Of a DNA stretch of 64,000 nucleotides, positions 46,056-55,000 are shown piece after piece. This stretch comes from a virus. The stretch lies in the IMG/VR virus record IMGVR_UViG_2513237163_000001, positions 3,708-67,707 of that record; one strand, given 5' to 3'. The notes beneath the pieces were generated by a model. That model saw only the letters and a list, made by a program, of their open reading frames with translations. It did not search any database and had not been told where the DNA came from. Within the stretch, counting starts at the first letter, position 1; each line of letters opens with the position of its first letter. Both the position numbers and the translations under genes were made by a program.

Positions 46056-46768
46056 GCGTGAGCCGGGTCCGCCATGCCGAGCGCGCTGCGCGCCATCTTC
46101 GCCGTCATGAAGGCCAGCTTCTCACCGGCTTTCTGGCGATCCAGAATCCGCTGCGCCCACAACTTGTTGCCCGGCACCCTGGTGGTGGCACGCACTTGTT
46201 CTACGGCAGCCTTCACCCGCTCGGGGTCCGCGCGGGTCTGCCCGGGAGCCGGCAGGGCCACGAGGCGCGGCGGCACAGGCTGGACTCCGCCCGCCAGCAC
46301 CGAATCCAGCGCGGCGGTGAAGCGCTTGATGAGCGAGTCGCGCGAAGAGTTGAGCATCTCGAACTCGCCAACCTTGATCGCGGCCCAGTAGAAGGCGGGG
46401 TTGGTCCACTCGTCCCTACCTTCGGCGCGGAGGCGCAGTTGCTGCGCGGCTTCGTAGAGTGCCGAGTCGTAGTCGACCTGAGGGCGGCAGATTTTCAAGA
46501 ACCGCGGGAGCGTCGGCGGCGCGTCGACCGATTTCAGCGCAGCGACGCCCTGCCTCAATTCCTCGCGCGACAACTGCGCCAACTCCACGCCCCACAACCG
46601 GCGAACCGTCGTGAGATCCGTTCCGCGCCACATGTCAGCAAACTTTGAGCCGTACATCGCGGACATCTTCTCGAACAGACTGTTCACCCAAGTTTCCGGC
46701 ACGGCGTCAGCCGGCCAATCAATCGACGAGGCGGGCTTCAACGTCGAATGCGTCATCGGTGCGTTCAT
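46052..46768 (-). CDS. Replication protein P-like helicase loader
   Basis: LFEKMSAMYGSKFAD.W..PPTLPRFLKICRP, downstream of initiator. Confidence 0.7.
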   Translation of the reverse strand: MNAPMTHSTLKPASSIDWPADAVPETWVNSLFEKMSAMYGSKFADMWRGTDLTTVRRLWGVELAQLSREELRQGVAALKSVDAPPTLPRFLKICRPQVDYDSALYEAAQQLRLRAEGRDEWTNPAFYWAAIKVGEFEMLNSSRDSLIKRFTAALDSVLAGGVQPVPPRLVALPAPGQTRADPERVKAAVEQVRATTRVPGNKLWAQRILDRQKAGEKLAFMTAKMARSALGMADPAHA

Positions 46769-47573
46769 AGGTCGGCTTCCTGCCGGTCAGCCCGGCGATA
46801 GTGTCGGCGCGCTCTTGCGCCCAGTCAGTGGAGCGTGGCCCGCTGCCATGGCCGGCTGCGCGCGGAGCGCGGTCCTGTGCCCGAGCGAACCAGTTGGTGA
46901 GAAATCGCTTGTAGTTGGATTTGGCGTTAGCCGGGTTGGCAACCAGCCATGCCCCTGCCCGGTTGATCTCGCGAAGCAGATCGAGCGCCGGATAGGCGTC
47001 GGACCATAGCTGCGTCAGTTGCGGCGTGATGCCAGAGAACTTTCCCGTTTCCAGGTTGAAGCCCAAAGCCGAGGCTCGCGCGTTTACCTTCTTCTTGTTC
47101 TTGATAGGTTCTATGACAGGTTCATGCCCGGCATTTTCTGCCGGTGGTAACGCACCTTTTTTGCCTGAGGCAGAAATTGCCGGTGGTTGTTTTTTGCCTG
47201 AGGCAGAAATTGCCGGTTGATCGTCGCAGTCGTCATCGCCGAATCCCTCATAAATCGAAGGGCCGCAAGACGTTTCCTCAAGTGGGAAAGTCGCTGGGGG
47301 CATGCTGAGGTTCAGCCACATGGCATCGGTCGTGCGCGTGCCATCCGGGCGGAACCGGCGCTTGCGTTGGATGTAGCCGCCGCTCTCCAGGTCATCCAGG
47401 TGATCGCGCAGAGCGCGCAGGCTCATACCCACGCGGCCTGCGAGTTTTGGTTGCGACGGAAAGCAAAAGCCGTTCTCGTCTGCGTACTGAGCAATGCCTG
47501 TCAGCACCCACTTTCTTCCGGGAGGGCCGCCCGGGCTTTGATCCCAGGCCCAGGCCACGGCTTTGAAGCTCAT
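46719..47573 (-). CDS. Replication initiator (O-like, N-terminal HTH)
   Basis: MSFKAVAWAW..ADENGFCFPSQPKLA..; contains internal iterons. Confidence 0.85.
   Translation of the reverse strand: MSFKAVAWAWDQSPGGPPGRKWVLTGIAQYADENGFCFPSQPKLAGRVGMSLRALRDHLDDLESGGYIQRKRRFRPDGTRTTDAMWLNLSMPPATFPLEETSCGPSIYEGFGDDDCDDQPAISASGKKQPPAISASGKKGALPPAENAGHEPVIEPIKNKKKVNARASALGFNLETGKFSGITPQLTQLWSDAYPALDLLREINRAGAWLVANPANAKSNYKRFLTNWFARAQDRAPRAAGHGSGPRSTDWAQERADTIAGLTGRKPTYERTDDAFDVEARLVD
47157..47217. repeat. Two identical 28-bp iterons (probable origin)
   Basis: TTTTTTGCCTGAGGCAGAAATTGCCGGT at 47157-47184 and 47190-47217. Confidence 0.75.
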
Positions 47574-47821
47574 GCGGCCGACCCGTTACAACCCGTTACC
47601 GGAAAAGCACTCTGGAATAAGTGTTTCTTGCTTAAACTTACGCTCATGGATGGCGCCCCGTGCGCGAAACTGCGCATCCCGTGCTGGAAATGGGGTGTCG
47701 GGCGCGCCGCTTTGCACGGGAAGAAAGCGACTGGGCTGGCCTGCCTGCCCGACTGGGAACCGTTGGCACCGCTGCGTGGACTCAGCCTTTTGGCCGATGC
47801 GCAAAGCTGGCGCCGCGCCTA

Positions 47822-47872
47822 AGGTTATCAAATAAAACTTACTCTTGCCAAGTTTAACTTGGCACGTATCAT
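47822..47872. promoter_or_regulatory. Divergent promoters with operator (PR/PRM-like)
   Basis: Minus TTGGCA-18-TAACCT; plus TTGCCA-16-TATCAT; ACTTA-N7-CAAGT and palindrome CCAAGTT-T-AACTTGG. Confidence 0.6.
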
Positions 47873-47980
47873 CATTTCGTCGTTGCTTCTGCGCAAGTGG
47901 AAGCTCGGCCGGATAGGCTGGGAGGCTCTTTTCTGGTCGGTGATGAACGATGAAATCGTTGGGTGGAGGCCCAAACAGAC

Positions 47981-48487
47981 ATGAAGCTGAACGAGCAGAT
48001 CGGGATTGCGAGGGAGGCGCGGGGACTATCCCGCGACGATCTCGCAGAGCATTTAGGGGTCTCGAAAACTTCCGTGGTGTGGTGGGAAGAGGGCAAACAC
48101 GCCCCTCGCCTTCCCATGCTGCGGAAGATCGAAACCATCCTGGAAACCAAGTTCAACGCTACCGGGACTGAGCTCGCTGAGGGTCAATCAGCAGCTTTTC
48201 CCGGCGTGTCTCCGCAGGACGTGCAACTTGCCGTTGCCATCTCGCGGCTGCCGGCAGCCCAACGGCTTGCCATCCAGACGCTGGTGGAGGCCAGCGCGCC
48301 GGGTGGTGTGCCCGCGGGTGACGCAGTGAAACCGTTCACCGAGATGGTGGAGAACGAGACGCCCCGAAGACCAACTCAACAAGGGCGGAAAATCGTTCAT
48401 GCAACAGAAGACGGTAGTGAATCACTCGGGGTTGAGCGACAACGTAGTGCGCCTCGAAAAAAGGCGACAACAGTTCGTCATCATTGA
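47981..48487 (+). CDS. XRE-family HTH repressor (CI-like, no S24 peptidase domain)
   Basis: IGIAREARGLSRDDLAEHLGVSKTSVVWWEEG; divergent from replication operon. Confidence 0.8.
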   Translation: MKLNEQIGIAREARGLSRDDLAEHLGVSKTSVVWWEEGKHAPRLPMLRKIETILETKFNATGTELAEGQSAAFPGVSPQDVQLAVAISRLPAAQRLAIQTLVEASAPGGVPAGDAVKPFTEMVENETPRRPTQQGRKIVHATEDGSESLGVERQRSAPRKKATTVRHH

Positions 48488-48662
48488 GCAACTTGAGCAA
48501 GCGCTCGCACTTGCGCGCGCCGGGGAGGTAGATGGCCTCTTGATGGCATTGGCCATCACAGGGGGGCGCCAGATGCGCGCAGCATCCGGGGCTTTTGTCG
48601 AATGCCCCGAGGCTGGCGTGGAGGCAGCCTTGGGGATGGCGACCCGGCTCGCAGGAGGGTAA
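48399..48662 (+). CDS. Small phage protein (DNVVRL..ARAGEVDG)
   Basis: Overlaps repressor 3' end; start uncertain. Confidence 0.45.
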   Translation: MQQKTVVNHSGLSDNVVRLEKRRQQFVIIEQLEQALALARAGEVDGLLMALAITGGRQMRAASGAFVECPEAGVEAALGMATRLAGG

Positions 48663-48700
48663 CGAAGAGGTGAGAGTGAGACAAAAAATTCAGCTACCGC

Positions 48701-48739
48701 AAAGTTTTACTTGCGCACGATAAGTTTCTTTAGTTTAAT
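48701..48739 (+). promoter_or_regulatory. Sigma70 promoter with operator
   Basis: TTGCGC (48711)-17-TTTAAT (48734); ACTTG-N7-TAAGT at 48709-48725. Confidence 0.7.
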
Positions 48740-48777
48740 GGCATCCATGCGGTAGCGCATGGTGCCAAGCATCATGC

Positions 48778-48805
48778 CGCCCCGCCTTGTGCGGGGTTTT
48801 CTTTT
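48778..48805 (+). terminator. Terminator-like hairpin near transcript start
   Basis: CCCCGC-CTTGT-GCGGGG-TTTTCTTTT. Confidence 0.6.
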
Positions 48806-49150
48806 GTGCCTACCCCAAGCGATACCAGCGAAACGTTGATCGCCGTGCCGTGAAATGCAGCCAACCTCCGGCGCCGGACTGGGTTGGGATTCGGCAGAGT
48901 AAGCAACGTGACTTTCCCGGGGAGAGACCGGGAGGCCTTTTGAATGGCGGTTGCGCTCAGCCACCAGCCAGAAGACCTCCGTATTGCGCGTGCGGCCGGC
49001 AGATGCCGGGATCTCCCCCAGGTTTGATACTGCCTGGACAGCCCAACGAGGTAGGGTAACGCGCTAGACCTCTGTGCCGGCTCGCGCTCGGGCCGCACAT
49101 CGAAGATCCTGCGCCGCGGGCTTTTCGATGTGCTTAACAGGAGTGAAAGC

Positions 49151-49393
49151 ATGGCATCAAACGTGGAGGAGCGCATCAAGCGCGTGGTGGCGGAGCAATT
49201 TGGCGTGGCTCTGGCATGCGTCAAGAACGATTCGAATTTCGTTGACGACTTCGGCGCCGATTCCCTGGATGCAGTCGAGCTCGTCATGGCTCTGGAAGAC
49301 GAATTTGGCGGCGAGATCTCCGACGACGAAGCCGACAAGATTGAAACGGTCCAACAAGCGATCGACTACGTCAACGCTCACGTTCCGGCCTGA
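49151..49393 (+). CDS. acpP: Acyl carrier protein (80 aa)
   Basis: [19 protein letters not shown] with phosphopantetheine Ser; AGGAG SD. Confidence 0.95.
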   Translation: MASNVEERIKRVVAEQFGVALACVKNDSNFVDDFGADSLDAVELVMALEDEFGGEISDDEADKIETVQQAIDYVNAHVPA

Positions 49394-49425
49394 ATGATGG
49401 TGACAGCCTGGAGAGACGGGCATAT

Positions 49426-49500
49426 GGAGCGATCGTCTATCGGTCAGGACACCGGGTTTTCATCCCGGTAAGCGGGGTTCGATTCCCCGTCGCTCTACCA
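49426..49500 (+). tRNA. trnE: tRNA-Glu (UUC)
   Basis: Acceptor GGAGCGA/TCGCTCT, anticodon arm CCGGG-TTTTCAT-CCCGG, TTCGATT loop, encoded CCA. Confidence 0.93.
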
Positions 49501-49506
49501 GTTTTT

Positions 49507-49583
<77 letters not shown>

Positions 49584-50600
49584 GCATTGCAGTAGTGACG
49601 AGCCGATAGACGTTGCGCGATGGACAGGAGTAGCGCGGGGAGGAGCACCAAATGCCGCGAACAAACGATGGGATCGCAAAAACGATGAGGCGCCGAGGAC
49701 GGAAGGCAGATGCCGTGACAGCCGGGAGAGACCGGCACCCTGAAACATGGATAGCGGGCGGCTGATCACCGCCGGAATGCTCGGACAGCTGGAGTAGCGC
49801 CCAGCATCCATGCTTGAGGGTGACAGCCAGGAAGCGCGCACAACGCCGTGGGCCAAAAGCTAATGCGGCGCCGGCATGGGATGCCGGACAGAAGCCGTGC
49901 TTACTGCCGCCGCGAGAGCGGATTCCCTCAATAATCGCACCCGCTCCAACCTGCAAGGATACGGCAGGCCATCACCGGGCAAAGTGATGGGAGGTTAGAC
50001 GGCGACTCCGCAAGCCGTACGTGTCTGGCGGAATGCGGAGAGCGCGCCAACGCTTGATGCTGACAGCCGGGAACAGTACCGGCACCTTCACGCATGGCGA
50101 TTGGTGCAGATCAGCGCACCCCGGGCACTGTAGTTAAAGTGGCACCAGTCGCCATGACGTGAGGGTGCGTTACGACAGCAGCGATCAAGGTGCGAAAGCA
50201 GGGCCGCGCCCTTAAACCTTGGTCGCAGCCGCGGGTGGGAATCCTGCAGCACCCACCACATTGCCTGCCGCTCACATGACGGTGTGAGCCTCGGGTGATC
50301 TAGGAAAGGCGCGGTAAATCTCGTGAAAAAACCGCGCGCCCCTCCACAAGAGGCCAACCCGGAGTTGGATAGCAAAGAGAGGCCGAGAGTAGCGGTAAGC
50401 CTGGGGACGCCCAGGCCCTTCATGTTTGGCGACTGGTGCGCCTGCAGCGCAGCCGTTGCCGGAGTCGGCCGTAAAACCGCCAGCCGCCAAACACGAGGGA
50501 ATGCGCAGTGCTGATGCGCTATATGGCCAACACCCAATCCAGATGGGAAAGTCGCGTGCGGCTTGTTGGCCTTCTGGTATGCCGGGGATCAGTGCCGGCC
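49584..50600 (+). ncRNA. Candidate large structured ncRNA region
   Basis: No credible ORF; repeated GACAG-hairpin modules, long closing stems and a tRNA-like unit ending ACCA. Confidence 0.5.
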
Positions 50601-50608
50601 CCTCTACC

Positions 50609-51160
50609 CTATTCCGTCACGCAATTGACCGTGCCCGTCACCGAGAACGGCACGCGATCGCACCTGGTGCGCACCGGGGCGCTGGGCGCGGCGTGCGCCC
50701 GGGATGGCATCCAGCCAGATGGCGAACTGTCATAGGGCATCGGCCATGCTGGGCCCGAGCTGGAGCGCGACACCTCTACCCTCATCCTCGCCTCGTCTCG
50801 ACGATCAAGAATGGCAATGATGGCGTCCTTGGCGCGGTCTTCTGAAATCGCCTTGCGATCCAGTGCCTCGGTAACCTGCCACAGCGACTTGAGAGCGAGG
50901 TTGGTGATATTCACGTACACCGCCGGGTCGTCGCCGGATCGCTCAACCGCATAGACAGAGCAGACGGCGGCGAGCCGGGCCGGCATCTGAATGTAGGGAT
51001 TGCAGAAGCGATCAATCTGCTCTCCCGTTGCGCGCACCCGCTGGGTCTTCGTCTGCTTGGCAAACGCCAGGCCGAACTGGGCATCCTCTGTCGGCCCGGC
51101 CGCCGCGGCACAGCTCGCAATCAGCGCGGCCAGCGCGCCGGCAATCCATCTCGCGGCCAT
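50609..51160 (-). CDS. Putative lipoprotein/exported moron protein
   Basis: MAARWIAGALAALIASC: basic residue, hydrophobic core, lipobox IASC; GGGAG SD. Confidence 0.55.
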   Translation of the reverse strand: MAARWIAGALAALIASCAAAAGPTEDAQFGLAFAKQTKTQRVRATGEQIDRFCNPYIQMPARLAAVCSVYAVERSGDDPAVYVNITNLALKSLWQVTEALDRKAISEDRAKDAIIAILDRRDEARMRVEVSRSSSGPAWPMPYDSSPSGWMPSRAHAAPSAPVRTRCDRVPFSVTGTVNCVTE

Positions 51161-51246
51161 TGTTCGCTCCCTGTTGTTGGCTCGTGCGCTGAATCATATA
51201 TCCCACGTCCGAGCGGTAAATCCCTCCGACTGGGTGGAATTTGCAA

Positions 51247-51335
51247 CCAAGTTTTGCTTGGTGGATCGTAAGTTTTACTTGTACTGAGTAAGATATTCAC
51301 GCATCATTGACAGTGTGTTCCGGCGGGTCTAAGAT
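51247..51335 (+). promoter_or_regulatory. Tandem promoters with operator upstream of antirepressor
   Basis: TTGACA (51307)-17-TAAGAT (51330); upstream TTGTAC-17-CATCAT overlapped by ACTTG-N7-TAAGA (51277-51293). Confidence 0.75.
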
Positions 51336-51336
51336 T

Positions 51337-51560
51337 CCCATCATCACTGAGACAAAGGTGATACGGGCTTGGTCGTCCGGAACAGTTGGCGCAACTAACA
51401 AAGCCGCGCCGAAATTGCATGCGGCTTTTTTGTTTGCGATCGCTTGGCATCATCTCCTATGGTGGGCCGGGCGGGGACACCCGCAAGGGTGTGCCGGTGC
51501 CAACTACCGGTCGACCAACCCCGTTTCGGTCCACCACCCCGTTTGGTCGCGGGGCGGCGG
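51337..51560 (+). ncRNA. C4-type antisense RNA / ash-icd-like leader
   Basis: TTGGTCGTCCGGAACAGTTGGC (51369-51390) is near-complementary to GCCAACTACCGGTCGACCAA (51499-51518); terminator GCCGC..GCGGCTTTTTT; ATGGTGGGCCGGGCGGGG..CCGCAAGG layout as in P1 c4/P4 CI regions. Confidence 0.65.
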
Positions 51561-51588
51561 AATCAAAACCGCTTAGTTGGAGCCCATC

Positions 51589-52260
51589 ATGCCGGCACCG
51601 TCCCTCCTGTCGTTCAATTTCCAAGAATCTAATTCAGTCCGCGTTGTCATCGTTGATGGCGAGCCGTGGTTTGCTGCAACCGACGTTTGCAGGATCCTCG
51701 GGTACCGCGACGCCTTCAATGCGACGCGTCTCCTGGACGAGGATGAAAAGGGTACTCACATTCTGAGCACCCTTGGTGGCGAGCAAGTACTGTCCATCAT
51801 AAACGAGTCAGGCCTCTATGCCCTCGTCATTCGCAGCCGCAAGCCAGAAGCGAGGCGCTTCCGTAAGTGGGTGACCTCCGAAGTCATCCCCTCCATCCGC
51901 AAGACCGGCAGCTACACCCTGCCCTCCCAACTTCCCCGCATCACCCACCCCGAGCCCCAACCGGCCCACCCCATCAAGCCGTCCGACTACAAGAATCTTG
52001 AAGGGCGCGTCCATCTCCTCGCGGGCTACTTCGGCAGGAAAGAATCCACCAGCCGCGCCATTTGGGCTCACCTGCGCGAGCAGCTCGGCGTGCGCGTGAC
52101 GATCCGCAACCTGCCCGCCGACCGGCTCGATGATGCGCAGCAGATCCTCTCCGACCTCCAGACCAGCGTGCGGCCCTATATCCGCGCGCGCAACGAGTTC
52201 GACCGCGCCTGGCTGCAACGCCTGCTGGGCGGATCCGCAAGCACTGACCTCCTCCACTGA
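51589..52260 (+). CDS. Bro-N domain antirepressor (223 aa)
   Basis: VRVVIVDGEPWFAATDVCRILG..INESGLYALVIRSRKPEARRFRKWVTSEVIPSIRKTGSY. Confidence 0.9.
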   Translation: MPAPSLLSFNFQESNSVRVVIVDGEPWFAATDVCRILGYRDAFNATRLLDEDEKGTHILSTLGGEQVLSIINESGLYALVIRSRKPEARRFRKWVTSEVIPSIRKTGSYTLPSQLPRITHPEPQPAHPIKPSDYKNLEGRVHLLAGYFGRKESTSRAIWAHLREQLGVRVTIRNLPADRLDDAQQILSDLQTSVRPYIRARNEFDRAWLQRLLGGSASTDLLH

Positions 52261-52325
52261 TTGACCGCCGGGCGCCGAGCGCGCCCATCCGTGCGCTATC
52301 GCACGCAGCCGCCCGCATTTCTCGA

Positions 52326-52365
52326 ATAAGTTTTCCTTGCATGCGTAACTTATTTTGAATAAGAT
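52326..52365 (+). promoter_or_regulatory. Early promoter with operator
   Basis: TTGCAT (52337)-17-TAAGAT (52360); ACTTA-N7-TAAGA at 52348-52364. Confidence 0.75.
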
Positions 52366-52420
52366 ACTCGTAACGGGTAAGCGTGCAGCCCGAACGGCAC
52401 GCGAAGGACTGGAGATCGCC

Positions 52421-52816
52421 ATGCATCTGAACACTGCGCCCTGCGCAAATTCGCAGTACTTAGCTGCCTACCTCCGGGAGGAGGGCAAGGAATATCGCCG
52501 CACGACATGGGCCGAGAAGGAAGCCGAATCGATGCTGACTCAAATGCAGCCGCTCAATCCGGACGCCATCGATGAGGCCTTGAGCGAGGTCATGAACTCG
52601 CCGAAATCACCGGATCGCGCCGCGGTGCTGGCGGCCTTCGCTGGCAGCGATAACGCGGCACTCGGCACGGCAGTTCGCGCCGCCGTTTCGAACTACTGGC
52701 TTGCCTACTGCAAGACCAAGGCTGAAGAGGCCTATGACGATGGAGCTGCGGAACCGGATTCCGATGCCGAGCGTGAAGCGCTGAACGAGCGCCGCGAAAT
52801 GGCTTACGAGGACTGA
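52421..52816 (+). CDS. Early hypothetical protein (131 aa)
   Basis: GGAG SD, first ORF after promoter. Confidence 0.6.
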   Translation: MHLNTAPCANSQYLAAYLREEGKEYRRTTWAEKEAESMLTQMQPLNPDAIDEALSEVMNSPKSPDRAAVLAAFAGSDNAALGTAVRAAVSNYWLAYCKTKAEEAYDDGAAEPDSDAEREALNERREMAYED

Positions 52817-52820
52817 TGCC

Positions 52821-53144
52821 ATGCCCAAGACCATTGAAATCAAGGGCTTCATCCACGCACGTATCAGTTCGTGGAAGCCCGAGGCGCCGCAATACGAGTT
52901 CTTCAGCAGCGAAGACATGTCGGGCCTGAATAGCAAGAACACTACCTACGTCATGGTCAAGCCAGTGACGTTCGCGGTGGAGATCCCCGACACCGCACTG
53001 GACTATCGCACTGCGCGCATTGCTGCGCTCGAGAAGGAGGAGATCACGATACGTGCGCACCTGGCGAGACGTGTCGCGGAAATCCGGGAGGAGGTGTCGC
53101 GCCTCACTGCCATCGAATGCACGCCTGCGGAGGTGTCGGCATGA
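52821..53144 (+). CDS. Early hypothetical protein (107 aa)
   Basis: GAGGA SD; coiled-coil C-terminus. Confidence 0.6.
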   Translation: MPKTIEIKGFIHARISSWKPEAPQYEFFSSEDMSGLNSKNTTYVMVKPVTFAVEIPDTALDYRTARIAALEKEEITIRAHLARRVAEIREEVSRLTAIECTPAEVSA

Positions 53145-53644
53145 ATCACGCCATTGCCGATGCCTTCGACAAGGCCAGCGGTGCGAAGACGCCGTGGAAC
53201 CCCTCGCGCAGCGCCATTGCTCGCGTCAAGAACCCATTGCCGGCGCCCGTCACCTGCCCGCACTGCGGTGCTTCCGTGGAGATCGTCAGCAATGCGCTGA
53301 TCTACGGGCGGGAGTATGGCGAGTGGCCTTGGGCGTTCATGTGCACGGGGAAGTTCTGCGATTCCTACGTGGGCATGCACCCGTTAACCGGCATCCCGCT
53401 GGGCACGCTGGCCGATGGCCCGACGCGCGAGGCCCGCAAGCGTGCCAAGGCGGCATTCAACCCGCTTTGGCAAGCCAAGGCCATGACGCGCAGCGAAGCC
53501 TATGCGTGGCTCGCCCAGGCGCTGGGCATTGTCAACGTCGGTGAGTGCCACATCGGATGGTTCGATGTCGACCAGTGCCAGAGAGTGGTAGAGGCCTGCG
53601 CAAGCCGGCGGAATCAAGGGGAGAAGAACTCATGCCCCGCCTGA
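53141..53644 (+). CDS. DUF3268-family zinc-finger protein
   Basis: CPHCG..IYGREYG..YVGMHP..PLGTLAD..FNPLWQ..EAYAWLA..CHIGWFD. Confidence 0.8.
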   Translation: MNHAIADAFDKASGAKTPWNPSRSAIARVKNPLPAPVTCPHCGASVEIVSNALIYGREYGEWPWAFMCTGKFCDSYVGMHPLTGIPLGTLADGPTREARKRAKAAFNPLWQAKAMTRSEAYAWLAQALGIVNVGECHIGWFDVDQCQRVVEACASRRNQGEKNSCPA

Positions 53645-53760
53645 TCGAAACCCTCAAGGTAGTCGGCGTCATCGTCTTCATCATCGCCGCCGCCCTTCTG
53701 GCCCAGCACCTGGATGAACGAAGCGAACGGGAGGCCGCCAGCCTGGCGCGAAGCATGTGA
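53632..53760 (+). CDS. Small membrane protein (42 aa)
   Basis: Single hydrophobic helix VVGVIVFIIAAALLA. Confidence 0.5.
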   Translation: MPRLIETLKVVGVIVFIIAAALLAQHLDERSEREAASLARSM

Positions 53761-53870
53761 CAGAAGACCCCTACTTTGACGATTGGGTGCGCCAGTTGAA
53801 GGCGCAGGGATACCGACTCACCGGCCACTGGCTTGCGAATGGCGAGCCTGAGATGGTCAGAATCCACTGA
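53757..53870 (+). CDS. Hypothetical protein (37 aa)
   Basis: GTGA-coupled MTEDPYFDDWVRQL. Confidence 0.4.
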   Translation: MTEDPYFDDWVRQLKAQGYRLTGHWLANGEPEMVRIH

Positions 53871-53877
53871 GGCAATC

Positions 53878-54996
53878 ATGCAAGCAGCTACCGCAACACA
53901 AACACTCGGCAACGTCACGCCGATCAGCGCCGCCACCGGTGCGCTGGCCCTGCCCGCCGAGGAGCGCCGTGCCCTCGCGCTCAAGGTCATGGGCGACTCG
54001 CTCTATCCGGGCGCCAAGCCGGAAAGCGTCGTCATGGCCTACGAGTACTGCCAGGCCCAAGGGCTCGACCCGCTCCTCAAGCCGGTCCACATCATGCAGG
54101 TGTCCGTGAAGGGCGCGAAGGATGCCCGGGGGCGCGATTCGTACGACAAGCGCGACGTGATCCTGCCGGGCATTGGCTTGTACCGCACGATGGCTGCGCG
54201 CACCGGCTGCTATGCGGGCATGACCGAGCCGGAGTTCGGGCCGAACGAGATCCTTGGGTACCGCCGCAAGGTGTGGGAGGAAAACCCCACCACGGGCAAG
54301 AGCAGCTCCCGCTGGGTTGATGAGGAACTCACCTACCCCGCCTGGTGCAAGATCACCGTCCGCAAGATCGTGGCCGGCGTCATCTGCGACTTCACGGCGG
54401 TGGAGTACTGGCTGGAGAACTACGCCACCTCCGGCCGCGACACGGATGCACCGAACGAGATGTGGCGCAAGCGGGTGCGCGGGCAGCTCGCCAAGGTCGC
54501 CGAGAGCCAGGCGTTGCGCAAGGCCTTTCCCGAAGTGGGTGCCCTGCCCACCGCCGAGGAAATGGAAGGTCGCGTTATCGACCTGGATTCCTATCAGGCG
54601 ATGAGCGGCCGTGGCGACGGCGAGCACGAAGCCGGTGACGAGCCGCGCGCCAGCAAGCCGCTGCCCCGTCGTAAGTCGGAAGTTCAGCAGGCCGAACTGC
54701 AGATGGACCCGGAGCCGAAGCACGAAGTCACCGACGTGCCCTTCACGGAATCGCAACCGCAGGCCGAGGCGAAGCCCACCGCCCAGCCCGCGCGCCGTCA
54801 GCCCGCGCCGGAGAAGTCCGCCGACGCAAGCCCGGTGGCCACGGCCGGCATGCTGGGCCTGCTCCGGGTGAAGGCCAAGCAGGGCAACCTCACCGAAGCC
54901 GATCTCATGAAGCGCGCCGGCGTCGACGCCTTCGAGAGACTGACCATCGTGCAGGTGAACGGCCTGCTCGCATGGATCGCCAACCCGCAGGAGTAA
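53878..54996 (+). CDS. bet: Single-strand annealing recombinase Bet/RecT family
   Basis: GLDPLLKPVHI..GIGLYR..AARTG..YAG..MW..QLAKVAESQALRKAFPE. Confidence 0.88.
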   Translation: MQAATATQTLGNVTPISAATGALALPAEERRALALKVMGDSLYPGAKPESVVMAYEYCQAQGLDPLLKPVHIMQVSVKGAKDARGRDSYDKRDVILPGIGLYRTMAARTGCYAGMTEPEFGPNEILGYRRKVWEENPTTGKSSSRWVDEELTYPAWCKITVRKIVAGVICDFTAVEYWLENYATSGRDTDAPNEMWRKRVRGQLAKVAESQALRKAFPEVGALPTAEEMEGRVIDLDSYQAMSGRGDGEHEAGDEPRASKPLPRRKSEVQQAELQMDPEPKHEVTDVPFTESQPQAEAKPTAQPARRQPAPEKSADASPVATAGMLGLLRVKAKQGNLTEADLMKRAGVDAFERLTIVQVNGLLAWIANPQE

Positions 54997-55000
54997 TGCC

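Noticed and set aside
49584-49700. HDV-like/theta or hammerhead ribozyme after tRNA-Asp
   Set aside because: Could not identify the nested pseudoknot or CUGANGA/GAAA cores by eye; needs a motif search.
50163-50258. A third canonical tRNA
   Set aside because: No D-arm or 7-nt anticodon loop and a non-canonical T-loop (TGGGAAT); kept only as a tRNA-like finding.
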